Part shown: piece after piece, positions 27,301 to 36,114 of the stretch | Layout of the letters: every line of letters starts with the position of its first letter | Numbering within the stretch: the first letter of the stretch is position 1 | Origin: an uncultured delta proteobacterium | Lineage (GTDB): Bacteria; Myxococcota; Myxococcia; Myxococcales; Myxococcaceae | Length of the DNA: 64,000 nt | Assembly (NCBI GenBank): GCA_963796055.1 | Contig: CAWCKH010000004.1 | Coordinates: forward strand, 2,912,001-2,976,000 | Reading direction: 5' to 3' | The notes under the pieces: model-generated | What the model saw: the letters and a program-made list of their open reading frames with translations, nothing else | What the model was told of the DNA's origin: nothing | Database searches by the model: none | Made by a program: the position numbers and the translations under genes

Positions 27301-30046
27301 TCCCCATCCGCCACAGCGTCCGGATGATGGCGTCGGCGGAGATCCACGCCTGGTGGGGAAGAAAGACCAGCGCCAGGCCCAGCTGCCGCGCGCTGGTCAC
27401 CGCGTCACGGCCGATGGCCGCGTAGTAGGCCCGCCAGGAGCGGTCGAGCGGCGGGCGGAGCGCGCCGAGGAGGAGGGTGACGATCCACGGCGCAGCGACG
27501 GCCAGGATCCACAGCGCCGTCCAGCGCAGGGGAGAGCCTGGGACCACCGTCCAGCCCGCGACCAGGAACGCCAGCTGGGCGAGCTCGACCACGCTGCGGC
27601 GCAGGTTGTCGATGACCTTCCACAGCGAGATTGCCGGGAGCGGGTTGGGCGACGGGCCGCCGGGACCGGGGATGGTGCGCCGGGTCCAGGGAAGGAGCTG
27701 CCAGTCGCCGCGGATCCACCGGTGCTTGCGCCGGGTCCAGGTGAGGTAGCTCGACGGATAGTCGTCGTACACCTGGATGTCGGTCGCCAGCCCGGCGCGC
27801 GCGAAGCAGCCCTCGATCAGATCGTGCGAGAGGAGGGTGTTGGGCGGGAATCGACCGTGGATCGCGCGCTCGAAGGCGTCGACGTCGTAGATGCCCTTCC
27901 CGGTGAAGCTGCCCTCGCCGTAGAGGTCCTGGTACATGTCCGAGACCGCGGTGGTGTAGGGATCCACGCCCGGGTGGCCGGAGTAGATGGCGGCGAAGCG
28001 GGTGCGGTTGGCGCTGGGCAGCGAGACCCCGACGCGCGGCTGGAGGATGCCGTAGCCACGCGCAACTCGCGCGCCGGCCGCATCGAAGCCGGGTCGGTTG
28101 AGGGGGTGGGCCATGGCCCCCACCAGGAGCGGGGCGGTCTCCGGGGGGAGGACGGTGTCGGCGTCGAGGGTGATGACATACCGGACATCCCGCAGCACCG
28201 CGAGGTCCCCCAGCACGACCGAGAACGCGCCCTCCGCGCCTCCCCGCACGAGGTGATTGAAGTCGGCGAGCTTTCCCCGCTTCCGTTCCCAGCCCATCCA
28301 CACCCCTTGCTGGGGGTTGAAGCGTCGGGGGCGGTGGAGAAGGTAGAAGGCGTTCTCGCCCGGGCCGTAGCGCGCGTTGAGGGCTTTCACTCCGACGACT
28401 GCGGCCTGCACGATGGCGGCGTCGTCCTCCCCTACCTCCGTGGGCGCGTCGGTGAAGTCCCCCAGCACGACGAAGTGGAGGTTCGCTCCCCGGTTGGCGA
28501 GGAACTGGACCTCGAGGTTCTCCAGGGCGTGCTCCACCGACTCGACGCTCGCCAGGAGCGTGGGGATCACCACCGCGGTGCGTGACTCGGCGGGGACGCC
28601 GCTCTTGCGAAAGTCGAGCTTGGGCAGGCGCTGCGGCCGGAGGAAGCTGGTGAGCAGTTGCTGGATGACGTTGAGCGCGACCTCGTTGCCCGGGAGCAGG
28701 GCGATGAGGACGAGCAGGGGCCAGGCGGGGCGGGCCTGCGCTCCGGCCATCCACAGGACTGCCATCAGGGCTGCGACGGTGCCGAGCATCGCGCTTCCGG
28801 CCAGCGCCAGGTCCGGGTGGCGGCGGGCGGCCCGGAGCAAGCGCTCGCCCAGCGGAGGCCGGTAACCGACGGCCTCCTCGAGCGTCGTCCGGCCGGCTCC
28901 GAGCAGGAAGAAGCCCACGTGGGCACTGGCAGGCGGCCTTTCTTGCGGCAGGCGCTGGGCGAGTTCCACCGCGGCCCTCGCGACCTGCTCCTCGGGCCGT
29001 CCGGTCCTGCGAGCGAGACGCTCGACCACGTGTCGGTACTGGTCGCGCGTCTCGAACGTCATCCGGGAATAGATCTCCGCCGGGTCCTTGCGGAGCGCTG
29101 CCTCGAGCACGCTCTGCGCTTCGACGAACTCGGGCCAGTCCATCCCGCCCAGGGTGCGGAGGCTGGTGATGCTGTTGGCCATCATCACCTGGGTGAGGGC
29201 GAGCCTTTGGGTGGCGCGGGCGGTGGACTCCTCGGCGCCGTGACCCTCGTCGTCGAGCCAGCGGTCGAGCCAGGTCATCGCGGTGGCGCTGCCGCCGAGC
29301 TGCCGGAGCTGGGCGCGCAGCCGGGAGACGAGTTCGGCGGTCAGGGCAGGGTGGTCGCCGATGAAGCCCTCGAACGCGGCGACCAGCTCCACCGGCCCCG
29401 CGGCGTCGGCAGCGTGGAGGCGGCTTGCCCAGTCGTCGGCCAGCGCGAGCTGCTCGAGGCGCTGGACGGTGCGCAGGGTCATGCGCCGCACGTTCTCCAC
29501 CAGCCCGAGCCGGAACATCGCCGGCAGCGCCCACAGCTCGCCGATCGCGAGCGGCGTCACTTCCTGAAACGCGGTGGTGAAGGCGCCGATGTTCTCCGCG
29601 TCGAGCCGGCCCTCGGAGTGGGAGATGAGGCCGATCGCCAGGTCGTACACCCTGGGGTAGCCGGCGAGCGGGCCGTCCGACAGGTCGGGCAGCTCCCCGT
29701 AGTACCCGCGCGGAAGATTCTGGCGGACGTCGGCGATGTGATCCCGGACGACGTAGAAGTTGTCGAGCAGCCATTCCCCTGCCGGACCGATGTCGAGCGC
29801 CGACGACTGGGCGGCGATGCGGGCGTGCGCGTCCTCGAGGATGGAGAGCGTGCCGTCCAGCCGGCTCAGCAGCGGGCCGATGCGCCCGATGCGGCGGCGA
29901 GGCCGGAGGTGCTGGTGACGGGCGACGGAGCGGGCGTGGTCGGCGAGCCCCTCGGCCCCGAGCAGCTCGCCCCGGATCGGGCCGGAGAGAAGGTCAGACC
30001 GCCCGCGATGGCGCGAGAACCCGCCGAGCAGTGTCCCCCAGGCCAT
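21386..30046 (-). CDS. ndvB: Cyclic beta-1,2-glucan synthase (GT84 plus C-terminal GH94 phosphorylase domain)
   Basis: About 2890 aa; EWLLDNFY, WMGWERKRGKL, YVITLDADT, LLSHDLIEG, HRWIRGDWQL, YYDLLASEAR, SWSGTMFEY, YQSSGAYGFRDQLQD, GDWNDG, GWTWYTGSA (Cgs/NdvB/ChvB family). Confidence 0.95.
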   Translation of the reverse strand: MAWGTLLGGFSRHRGRSDLLSGPIRGELLGAEGLADHARSVARHQHLRPRRRIGRIGPLLSRLDGTLSILEDAHARIAAQSSALDIGPAGEWLLDNFYVVRDHIADVRQNLPRGYYGELPDLSDGPLAGYPRVYDLAIGLISHSEGRLDAENIGAFTTAFQEVTPLAIGELWALPAMFRLGLVENVRRMTLRTVQRLEQLALADDWASRLHAADAAGPVELVAAFEGFIGDHPALTAELVSRLRAQLRQLGGSATAMTWLDRWLDDEGHGAEESTARATQRLALTQVMMANSITSLRTLGGMDWPEFVEAQSVLEAALRKDPAEIYSRMTFETRDQYRHVVERLARRTGRPEEQVARAAVELAQRLPQERPPASAHVGFFLLGAGRTTLEEAVGYRPPLGERLLRAARRHPDLALAGSAMLGTVAALMAVLWMAGAQARPAWPLLVLIALLPGNEVALNVIQQLLTSFLRPQRLPKLDFRKSGVPAESRTAVVIPTLLASVESVEHALENLEVQFLANRGANLHFVVLGDFTDAPTEVGEDDAAIVQAAVVGVKALNARYGPGENAFYLLHRPRRFNPQQGVWMGWERKRGKLADFNHLVRGGAEGAFSVVLGDLAVLRDVRYVITLDADTVLPPETAPLLVGAMAHPLNRPGFDAAGARVARGYGILQPRVGVSLPSANRTRFAAIYSGHPGVDPYTTAVSDMYQDLYGEGSFTGKGIYDVDAFERAIHGRFPPNTLLSHDLIEGCFARAGLATDIQVYDDYPSSYLTWTRRKHRWIRGDWQLLPWTRRTIPGPGGPSPNPLPAISLWKVIDNLRRSVVELAQLAFLVAGWTVVPGSPLRWTALWILAVAAPWIVTLLLGALRPPLDRSWRAYYAAIGRDAVTSARQLGLALVFLPHQAWISADAIIRTLWRMGISRRHLLEWQTAFQSERFRSGSARAVWRAMWPSVLLSAGLFLALLLRHPFGQVGETGPQRWAWILACSVLTGAWICAPQVAHWLDQSPRRRERRLAPALRADALRYALLHWRFFERFVTAETHWLAPDNVQEGPWPVVAMRTSPTNIGLQLLAVTSAHDLGFLPLEEMISQLERVFATLERLPRFRGHFYNWYDLRDLRELTPAYVSTVDSGNLAGLLIAVRQACLAIPDEPVFDRRAWRAAETALGMVGTTASARIEPKLRQARSALAAAERVSHVAAGLDVVLARLDELEQAIAGVAERRVPLGEAREWTAWTRRLVGEQRRRVEGLETRAGVGRLGEATRIFPTLRELSSSTPRAAELIARLEALAATASRHASAMDFSFLYDRQRALFSIGYQLTSHTLDPSYYDLLASEARLASYVAIAKDDVPVDHWFHLGRELSRVAGETALMSWSGTMFEYLMPLLLMRSFPETLLDQTYRGAVRRQMTYAAGHAVPWGISESAYNVRDRFGTYQYRAFGVPDLALKRGLDSDLVIAPYASALAAMVDPKRALANLRSLERRGALGPYGLRDALDYTRPEPGKACSVVETFMAHHLGMGLGALTNALSGLIWQRRFHADPLVRAAELLLYERIPRRLMLQEPQTARPEASLPNPELEAPAVRELDTPFTPQPRVALLGRLPYTVMLTNGGSGYSRYEDLAVTRWRADGTADSTGQHCYVKDVTRGRIWSTAHQPVCARADTYHVSLATDRAVFHRTDGPIETRTEITTVPDDAAEVRRVTVTNNGGAPCEIELTSYGELVLAPPGADRAHPAFGSLFVETAWHAWCSAVTGTRRPRAPSEQRVWCTHVLATGEERVGEITCETDRSRFLGRGRSTRAPAALDHGAELSGSTGAVIDPIFALRCRLRVEPGRSASAAFTTLVTTSAERAFELADRYRDPRSAHRALDLAWTAAQIELRELNTSSVDAGVFQQLAGALFFSDPQLRAPEAELLANQGSQPMLWAVGLSGDWPILLATIDSTEGLPTLRQLLSAHQYWRRRGMMVDLVILNTRASSYLEALGDQVTATVLSSSEAGMVDRPGGVFVRRRDLLGPAELRMLRATARVHLPCDGRRLGPILESLTDATEEVKELRLPPRRPLQRTFAGLVERLRVPTPVASVGRAPARAGPVDLAAAGEDAPAPTPLLLDNGLGSLDAEGRYRIRLRGSALPPAPWANVVASPEGGFLVSERGAGFTWAGSSFFYRLTPWHNDPVTDPVSDVLYLRDEETGELWTPTPAPIRHASAYLIRHDAGASTFEHRHSDVESLLTVGLADGSATRISRLRLTNHSPRTRRIGVTSYVEWTLGSQREHTQHQIRTEFDVARGTLFARNTFDPQFAGWVAFCALAPEVQGHTADRREFLGRHGSIEAPAGIGRLSGRTGAALDPCAALHCALTIGPGESREVVVLLGAAPSAQRARGTVDGLRDPARAAAAIHQTVDGWEQRLSIVQVHTPEPAFDALLNRWLLYQALSCRMWGRSALYQSSGAYGFRDQLQDSMAFLHAAPDVARAHLLRAASRQFVEGDVQHWWHPESGRGVRTRFSDDLAWLPFAVDHYVNVTGDRGVLDEPVPFLTMRTLQPGEQEAYDLPQTSAEVGSLYEHCLRALRKASTRGVHGIPLIGGGDWNDGMNRVGAEGRGESVWLAWFLAATLRSFAEQAAGRGDGTVASELREHAEGYLAAVEEHGWDGAWYRRAYDDAGVPLGSSTSEECRIDSIAQSWSVIGGGGRPERRLQAMRSLEEHLVDREARLVRLLAPPFDHGPQDPGYIKGYLPGVRENGAQYTHAAVWAVLARAMAGDGEGALELFQMLNPLNHARTAAEVATYKVEPYVVAADVYTAEGQRGRGGWTWYTGSASWMYRVGLEAILGFTRRGDSLQLLPCVPAAWREYAIDYRFGGSLYSLRVERGGGAPGITLDGGSIEGSAIPLVDDGRPHTAVFRIR

Positions 30047-30386
30047 GCGACGGCTCGGCCTCAGCACTCGCCCGTGACGGGCAATGCGAGGGCGATGTTG
30101 CGAGGCGCGGCCATCAGGGGGGGACTGTGGGGGGTCGAGGCTCCAGTCTCAAGCCGCATTCTCCCGACAATCCCCCATCTGTTGCCTCGCGGCGACATGG
30201 GACCAAGGGCCAACGTCGCGCACGGACTCGACCCTTCCGAGTCGTCGATCTCCGATCTTGCGGCGCGGACGCCCCGGGTCCTTCGCTCGCCGGTCTCCGC
30301 GAGGAATGATCCAGCGAGCATGTCTCCGAGCAGCACCCTGCCCATGGTGCTACACCTTCCATGGTCCTGGCTGGCTGAGGCGTCTC

Positions 30387-30680
30387 GTGCTCCACGATTT
30401 CATCGAGCTGAATCGCGACGAGCTGATCGCGCGCAGGAGCGGAAAGGTCGCCTCGCGCCCGTTCGAATCGAGGGAGCCCCGGGAGATCGAATTTGGGGTC
30501 CCCCTGTTCCTGAGCCAGCTCACGGAGACGCTCCGACGCGAGAAGACGGGCTCGCCCTTCCCACCGAACGCGATCGGATCGGCCGCGGCGAAGCATGGCC
30601 AGGAGCTGCTGGGAATGGGCTTCACCGTGGCGCAGGTGGTGAACGACTACGGTGACATGTGCCAGGCGATCACCGACTGG
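30387..30680 (+). pseudogene. N-terminal (RsbRD-N-like) fragment of a sensor histidine kinase
   Basis: VLHDFIELNRDELIAR...GVPLFLSQL...HGQELLGMGFTVAQVVNDYGDMCQAITD, then frameshift; no HisKA/HATPase follows. Confidence 0.72.
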
Positions 30681-30868
30681 CAATCGCCGCTGCGATCGAG
30701 CGACCCCGGGGGCTTCGAGCGGGTCCAGCGCTGGCGTCGTAACACGCCCGGGGGCGCGCGGGAGCCTGCGTCACCAGGGGTTCTCGACCAAGGCTCTCCG
30801 TTCGTGCCGGCTCGGCACGACGGGGTACCACGGAGGGCAGGTCCTCCCGCGCCCTCAACCCGTGTCGC

Positions 30869-31027
30869 TCAGGCGATCCGGCGGCCGGAGATGATCCGGA
30901 CCAGGACAGCGATGACCGCCAGCACCAGGAGCACATGGATGAAGCCGCCGACCGTGACATTGGCCACCAGCCCCAGCACCCACAGGGCGGCGAAGACGAT
31001 CGCCAGGACCCACAAGAGATTGCCCAT
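30869..31027 (-). CDS. lmo0937-family (DUF5670) small membrane protein
   Basis: MGNLLWVLAIVFAALWVLGLV...GGFIHVLLVLAVI...ISGRR; GGAGG RBS. Confidence 0.9.
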   Translation of the reverse strand: MGNLLWVLAIVFAALWVLGLVANVTVGGFIHVLLVLAVIAVLVRIISGRRIA

Positions 31028-31105
31028 GACTCGACCCTCCAGTTGTTTCAGCGCGTCGCATCGGTGAACGTAATGCCGTCCATCGACTCCTTCAGTGGTC
31101 ACGGT

Positions 31106-31121
31106 TGCATCGAACGTGCCT
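31106..31121 (-). promoter_or_regulatory. Putative sigma54 -24/-12 promoter
   Basis: AGGCACGTTCGATGCA on the minus strand, about 80 bp upstream of the lmo0937 gene. Confidence 0.55.
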
Positions 31122-31242
31122 GCAGGCCTCCCTCTCGAACGCCGCGCGAGCGACTACGGAACGCGCAACGCAAAGAGTCATCCGCACGGCGGTGACCGAG
31201 CGCACTTAGTGCGGCGCCACGGGCGTGCCGTGGGGAGCAGTC

Positions 31243-31518
31243 TCAGGCGGGGCGATGGCGGCCCGAGCGCACCACCCGTAGCAGGGCGAGCAGGAGCACT
31301 GCTCCCACGAACGCCACGGTGATCGTCCCGGCGATTCCGGCGAATGGCGCGTGCCAGCCGAGTGAGCGGAAGAGCAATCCTCCGATGAACGCACCCGCCA
31401 CGCCGATCACGATGTCGCCAACGAGCCCCAGGCCACCGCCGGCGACGAGGGAAGCGAGGTACCCGGCAACGGCTCCGATGGCAACCCACAGCAGGAATGT
31501 CTCGAGCGTCATGTTCAC
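31243..31518 (-). CDS. GlsB/YeaQ/YmgE family stress-response membrane protein
   Basis: WVAIGAVAGYLA...GLVGDIVIGVAGAFIGG...AFVGAVLLL. Confidence 0.9.
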   Translation of the reverse strand: MNMTLETFLLWVAIGAVAGYLASLVAGGGLGLVGDIVIGVAGAFIGGLLFRSLGWHAPFAGIAGTITVAFVGAVLLLALLRVVRSGRHRPA

Positions 31519-31774
31519 ACCTCAGGGCCTGAAGACTTCCGCGCCCTCTCCTAACGTAGCCATGCGAGAGCGCGGCGCGAGGCGTTCCGTCCGCACGCGC
31601 AAGCTGCGTCCCTGACAGCGTCGTCCGGCGAATGCCACACGAACAATTGCGAGGGGATGGATGTGAGCCGGGCGAGGTTGCGGCAGAACGTCGCTTCCAG
31701 GCGCAATCGATGCGCGGCAGGGTCTGGCGGCCAAGGGGACAGAGGTAAGCTGTACTCCCTTTCGAGGAGCCACC

Positions 31775-32515
31775 GTGTCCGTGAAACAGGCCCTGGTCAC
31801 CGGAGCGAGTCGAGGGATCGGAGCTGCGGCCGCAATCGCTCTGGCCCAGAGCGGGTTTCGAGTGTGGCTTCACTACCGTGCGCGCGAGGACGCTGCCCAA
31901 CAGGTGGCCCGAACCATCGTCGAGAGGGGAGGGCCAGAGCCCATTCTCGTTCGCTTCGACCTCGCCGATCGGAAGGCCACGAGCGAGGCAGTGCAAGCTT
32001 TGACCGAGCAGCACGGAGCCCCGGACGCGCTCGTCCTCGCCGCCGGGGTCACGCACAACGCGCTCTTCGCCTTCACCTCCGACAAGGAATGGGATGAGGT
32101 CATCGCGACGAATCTGGGTGGACTGCTCGCCGTCGGGCGGCCAATCGTCAAGTCGATGCTCCGTGTTCGTGCCGGTCGGATCGTCGTGGTCTCCTCGGTG
32201 GTCGCACACATCGGAAACGCCGGACAGGTCGCCTACGCATCCACGAAGGGCGGACTGAACTCGGCAGCGCTCTCTCTGGCCAGAGAACTTGCGCCACGGG
32301 GCATCACCGTCAACGTCGTCGCGCCGGGGCTCGTGGACACGGAGATGCTTCGAGGAGCTCCGATCGAGCAGCTCCTCGACGGCGTCCCCGCCCGAAGGCT
32401 CGGTCGTCCCGCGGAGGTGGCCCACGTCATCCGGTACCTCTGCAGCGAGGAGTCGGGCTGCCTGACCGGGCAGATCTTTCACGTCGATGGCGGGATGGCC
32501 CTCCAGACCTCATGA
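31775..32515 (+). CDS. fabG: 3-oxoacyl-ACP reductase (FabG-like SDR), cluster ketoreductase
   Basis: VTGASRGIG, GNAGQVAYASTK (YxxxK), VNVVAPG. Confidence 0.92.
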   Translation: MSVKQALVTGASRGIGAAAAIALAQSGFRVWLHYRAREDAAQQVARTIVERGGPEPILVRFDLADRKATSEAVQALTEQHGAPDALVLAAGVTHNALFAFTSDKEWDEVIATNLGGLLAVGRPIVKSMLRVRAGRIVVVSSVVAHIGNAGQVAYASTKGGLNSAALSLARELAPRGITVNVVAPGLVDTEMLRGAPIEQLLDGVPARRLGRPAEVAHVIRYLCSEESGCLTGQIFHVDGGMALQTS

Positions 32516-32976
32516 CCGAACACCCGGGTGCGTTTCCGCCGGTCTCCAACGTCCTTCCGCACCGGGCACCGTTCCTGTTCATCGAGCAGGTCGTCGAGCT
32601 CACCGAGGAGAGGGTGGTCGCGGTTCGGACCTTTCACCCCGATGAGCCCTTCTTCCTCGGGCACTTTCCTGGTCGCCCCGTGGTACCGGGAGTGGTGCTC
32701 ATCGAAGGCCTCGCCCAGGCGATGGCCTATCACTCGTTGTTTCATCATCCGTCCCGGGAGATCTTTCTCGTTGGGATCGACCACGCCCGCTTTCGGTCTC
32801 CCGTCGGGTTCGGAGTCGAAGTGAGATTCGACCTCCGCGTGGGGGAACAGCGATTCGGAATGGCGAAGGGGGTGGGGGAAGTCAGGACCGCCACCCGGCA
32901 GGTCGCCCGTGCAACGCTGCTTGGATACAGCGCGGACCCCCGCGCGAGCCCCCCCGACGCTGGAGGTTCGCCGTGA
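32512..32976 (+). CDS. fabZ: 3-hydroxyacyl-ACP dehydratase (FabZ-like)
   Basis: LPHRAPFLFI, FFLGHFPGRPVVPGVVLIEGLAQ; ATGA coupling. Confidence 0.9.
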   Translation: MTEHPGAFPPVSNVLPHRAPFLFIEQVVELTEERVVAVRTFHPDEPFFLGHFPGRPVVPGVVLIEGLAQAMAYHSLFHHPSREIFLVGIDHARFRSPVGFGVEVRFDLRVGEQRFGMAKGVGEVRTATRQVARATLLGYSADPRASPPDAGGSP

Positions 32977-32993
32977 AGGGCTCCGGACCTTGA

Positions 32994-33687
32994 TCACCGT
33001 CCGAGCTCGAGCAGCTCGTCGGGGACCGCGAATCCAGGCTGATAGTCCGTGACGGCGAGCTCGAGGCTGAACCCTCGCACGTCGGTCAGAACGACCCGGC
33101 GGGCGATGAGCTGGCCCTGCATGACCTGCCGCTGGTCATAGACGATCTCCAGCACCAGCCGGTCCTTGCGGAAGAAGCGTTTCCGGAAGACGGCGAGATC
33201 GTCGACGTCATGCCAGACCTCGACCGCATCGACGTCCTCCTCGTCCAGAGATCGTCGACTCACCCAGGCACCCTCCGAGAACTTCAGCGGCCCTCGTCCC
33301 TCGAGGAAGTAGATCCGCTCGACCGAGCGACCGATCTCCGAGGGGGTCGACCCGTGCGGCAACGTCCGGTAGGTAGATCCTCGACTCCCAGTGACCAGAA
33401 AGTCTCGCGACGTCGAAGAGCTTCGGTCCCACCGGGGTGTTCGCCGACACACGGAACGAGCCATCGCGGCGTCCCAGGAGGTACCCGGTCATCGGGAAGC
33501 TCCGTCCCTGGAACCGGGCAACCACCTGATGGAGCATCTTGAACGTCTCCGGCGCGGCCGAATCCAGCCGCTTCAGCTGCAGGGACGCCGCTTCCGCCGA
33601 AGAAGGAGGCGTGGGCACGTTGGAGGTGGTCGCACAGCCCGCGGCAGCGACCAGCGCGCAGAGCATTGAGGTGTGATGCGCTCTCAT
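32994..33687 (-). pseudogene. Lipoprotein (DUF3261/ApeN-like) split by a frameshift
   Basis: Lipobox AAAGC in ORF 33208..33687; sensible sequence continues in ORF 32994..33464 after the G5 run at 33342-33346. Confidence 0.7.
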
Positions 33688-36113
33688 CCGGGCGTGCTCG
33701 CCACTCCGTGCGTGGGCGACCGGAGGCGGGGAACGAGAAACAGAGCGACGAGGGCACTGATGCCGATGCCCAGACCCACCGCGACACCCATCGTCTGAAT
33801 GGCTCGATACGAGGCGAGCGAGAGCGTACCGAATCCGGCCAGAGTCGTGCTCGACGTCAGCAGCACTCCAGTGAACTCGACACCCGAGGTCCGCGTCGGG
33901 TTGGTCAGTCCTTGCACCGCAAAGATTCCGTAATCGACGCCGCAGCCGAGGATCAGCACCAGCGCGCTGGCTGAGACGAGGTTCAAGGGAACGTGCGTCA
34001 GAGACAGGATGGTGAGGGTCCCCAGCAACCCGAGTGCCCCCGGGGCGCAGGCGAGCAGAGCCAATCTCGCAGATCGAAAGGCGAACACCAGCAGCACCAG
34101 ATTCGACAGCAAACCGACACCACTGAGCAAAGTCATTTGTCTCGGGATCGCGGCGACCGTCTCCGCCGCCAGCGCTCCTCCGTCGATGACCGTGACCTCG
34201 GGAGGGAGGCGACTCTTGAGCTCGGGAATGACCGAGGGACGGGCTGGATCGAAGGGGGTGACGGCGATGCAGCCCGAGCTGGAGCAGCGCAGCAGCCGGC
34301 GCACCAGGGGGCCCAGTGAGGTCTGAGCCAGATCCCCCGGTTCCAGGGGAGAAGTCTCGCCTGAACGAGCCGCCTCGACACCACGCCAGAACGGTTCGAA
34401 CGCGTTCTCGGCGAATCCGAATCTCCCGGCGGCGTCCTTCAGCGCCGTCCTGCCGGCAGAGACGTCGAGGTCTTGAAGACGCTTCTGCCGCTCCTTCTGA
34501 GTCATCGAGGAAGGCAGGAACGAGCTCAGGCTCAGGACATGCGACACCTCACCCACGCGCTGGGCTCGATGGAGAACGCTTCCGACGGCATCCGAAAGGC
34601 GCAGTGCATCCTCCACCGTCGCCGCGCGGGCCACCACGAGGGAGTCGGAGCTCTGCAGACCGAAACGCTTCCGGACCTCCTCGTACTCGGCGAGCGTCGC
34701 CGGTCGCTGTGCGTCGAGGTGGCGAAGCTCGCCGTCGAACCGAAGTCGCGACAAGGACACCGCCGAGACGGCGACCACCAGGATGACGATGCTCCAGGCG
34801 AGAAGGGGTGGAAGCCGCAACGCCTGAAGGCTGAGCATCCAGCGAGGAATCGGCGAGAAATCCCGTAGCCCCCAGCGGGCACCGAGTGCCACGACCAGGG
34901 TCAGTGTGGCGGCGAACGCGAAGGCGATCCCTGTTCCTGCAAACAGGGCGAGCTCACGAAGCCCGGGGAACCGCGAGAAGAGCATCAGGGCGAACGCCAT
35001 CATCGTGGTGAGAAACCCGAGCCAGAGAGAACGACGGCTCTCCCTCAGTCCAGCGGCGAGGCGCTCGAGTGGCGAGCCTGCGTGCACGGAGGACGCGTTG
35101 AGCAGATACATCGGATAGTCGATCGCAATCCCGACCAGCACCGACCCAAAGGCGAAGGTCAGGGGGTGGATTCGACCCTGGATCGAAGCGACCGACAGCA
35201 ATCCGCCCACCATCCCGAAAGCCAACGTGACAGACGCCAGCGCGAGCAAGCGGAGGCTTCGGAACCTGAGCATGAAGATCGCCACTAGGGCGGCGACCGA
35301 GGTGACCATCGTCACGAGGATGTCTCGCTTGACGGTTGCGGCGCTCTCGGATGCGAACCGTGGTCCGCCGACCACCTGCAACCTGGCCACTCGACCGGCC
35401 TCCAGGGGAAGCTTCGTCGCGTCGTCTTCGAGCCGAGCGAGGAGCGAGGCCGAGGCTTCGGTCTCCAGGGCCGATGCCTTCGTGACCCCGATCAGCAAAA
35501 GATGCGTCTGGTCCGGAGAGAGGAGCTGACCGGCGTAGGACTTCACACTGACCGTACCGCTCAACCCCGAGAGGATCTCTTCGTCGAGATCGAGCGGGTC
35601 CTGGAGCAGGTCGCTCTTGGTCACGATCGCCTGTGGGGCGGAGAGCTTGGCCCTGAGGGTGGCCAGCAACCCTGGGAGCCGGGAGGCAGAGAGGCGGTCC
35701 TCGATCGCGGCGCGTGGGTCCTCGAGTAGATAGAACCGACGGGGGAAGAGGACTCGCCCCACCTTCATCATCTCCTCGGTGGTCTGTCCGGCGACGATCT
35801 CGGAGAACGCTCCGGAGGACCGAAGACGGGTTGCCAGCGCCTCACCCGCCCGGGCGAGCTCCGCCGGGCTCGCACCGGGGATCTCCAGATCCAGGAGCAG
35901 CACATTGAGGGCACCAAACTCCTCCAGAAGCTTGGCCGCCTCGCGCGGAGAGCCAGGCCCCTCCGGAAGCATGGCCCCGATGTCCTGCTCGACGACCGTG
36001 CTCCTCGCCAGCCAGAGGCCGGTGGTCAGGAAACAGAGAGAAAGAGCCAAGGAGAGAGCGAGATGCGAGGTCAGCCAGAGCTGAAGCCGTGTCAGACCAG
36101 GCTGCCCCTGCAT
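33684..36113 (-). CDS. MMPL/RND-family exporter (ApeM-like)
   Basis: Two TM bundles, GIAIDYPMY and ILGCGVDYGIF motifs, TTLAGFGTL. Confidence 0.9.
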   Translation of the reverse strand: MQGQPGLTRLQLWLTSHLALSLALSLCFLTTGLWLARSTVVEQDIGAMLPEGPGSPREAAKLLEEFGALNVLLLDLEIPGASPAELARAGEALATRLRSSGAFSEIVAGQTTEEMMKVGRVLFPRRFYLLEDPRAAIEDRLSASRLPGLLATLRAKLSAPQAIVTKSDLLQDPLDLDEEILSGLSGTVSVKSYAGQLLSPDQTHLLLIGVTKASALETEASASLLARLEDDATKLPLEAGRVARLQVVGGPRFASESAATVKRDILVTMVTSVAALVAIFMLRFRSLRLLALASVTLAFGMVGGLLSVASIQGRIHPLTFAFGSVLVGIAIDYPMYLLNASSVHAGSPLERLAAGLRESRRSLWLGFLTTMMAFALMLFSRFPGLRELALFAGTGIAFAFAATLTLVVALGARWGLRDFSPIPRWMLSLQALRLPPLLAWSIVILVVAVSAVSLSRLRFDGELRHLDAQRPATLAEYEEVRKRFGLQSSDSLVVARAATVEDALRLSDAVGSVLHRAQRVGEVSHVLSLSSFLPSSMTQKERQKRLQDLDVSAGRTALKDAAGRFGFAENAFEPFWRGVEAARSGETSPLEPGDLAQTSLGPLVRRLLRCSSSGCIAVTPFDPARPSVIPELKSRLPPEVTVIDGGALAAETVAAIPRQMTLLSGVGLLSNLVLLVFAFRSARLALLACAPGALGLLGTLTILSLTHVPLNLVSASALVLILGCGVDYGIFAVQGLTNPTRTSGVEFTGVLLTSSTTLAGFGTLSLASYRAIQTMGVAVGLGIGISALVALFLVPRLRSPTHGVASTPG

Positions 36114-36114
36114 C

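Noticed and set aside
24212..28585. 1457-aa plus-strand ORF (also 21767..24028 and 28658..30655)
   Set aside because: Antisense shadow of the cyclic glucan synthase, expected in high-GC DNA; no motifs
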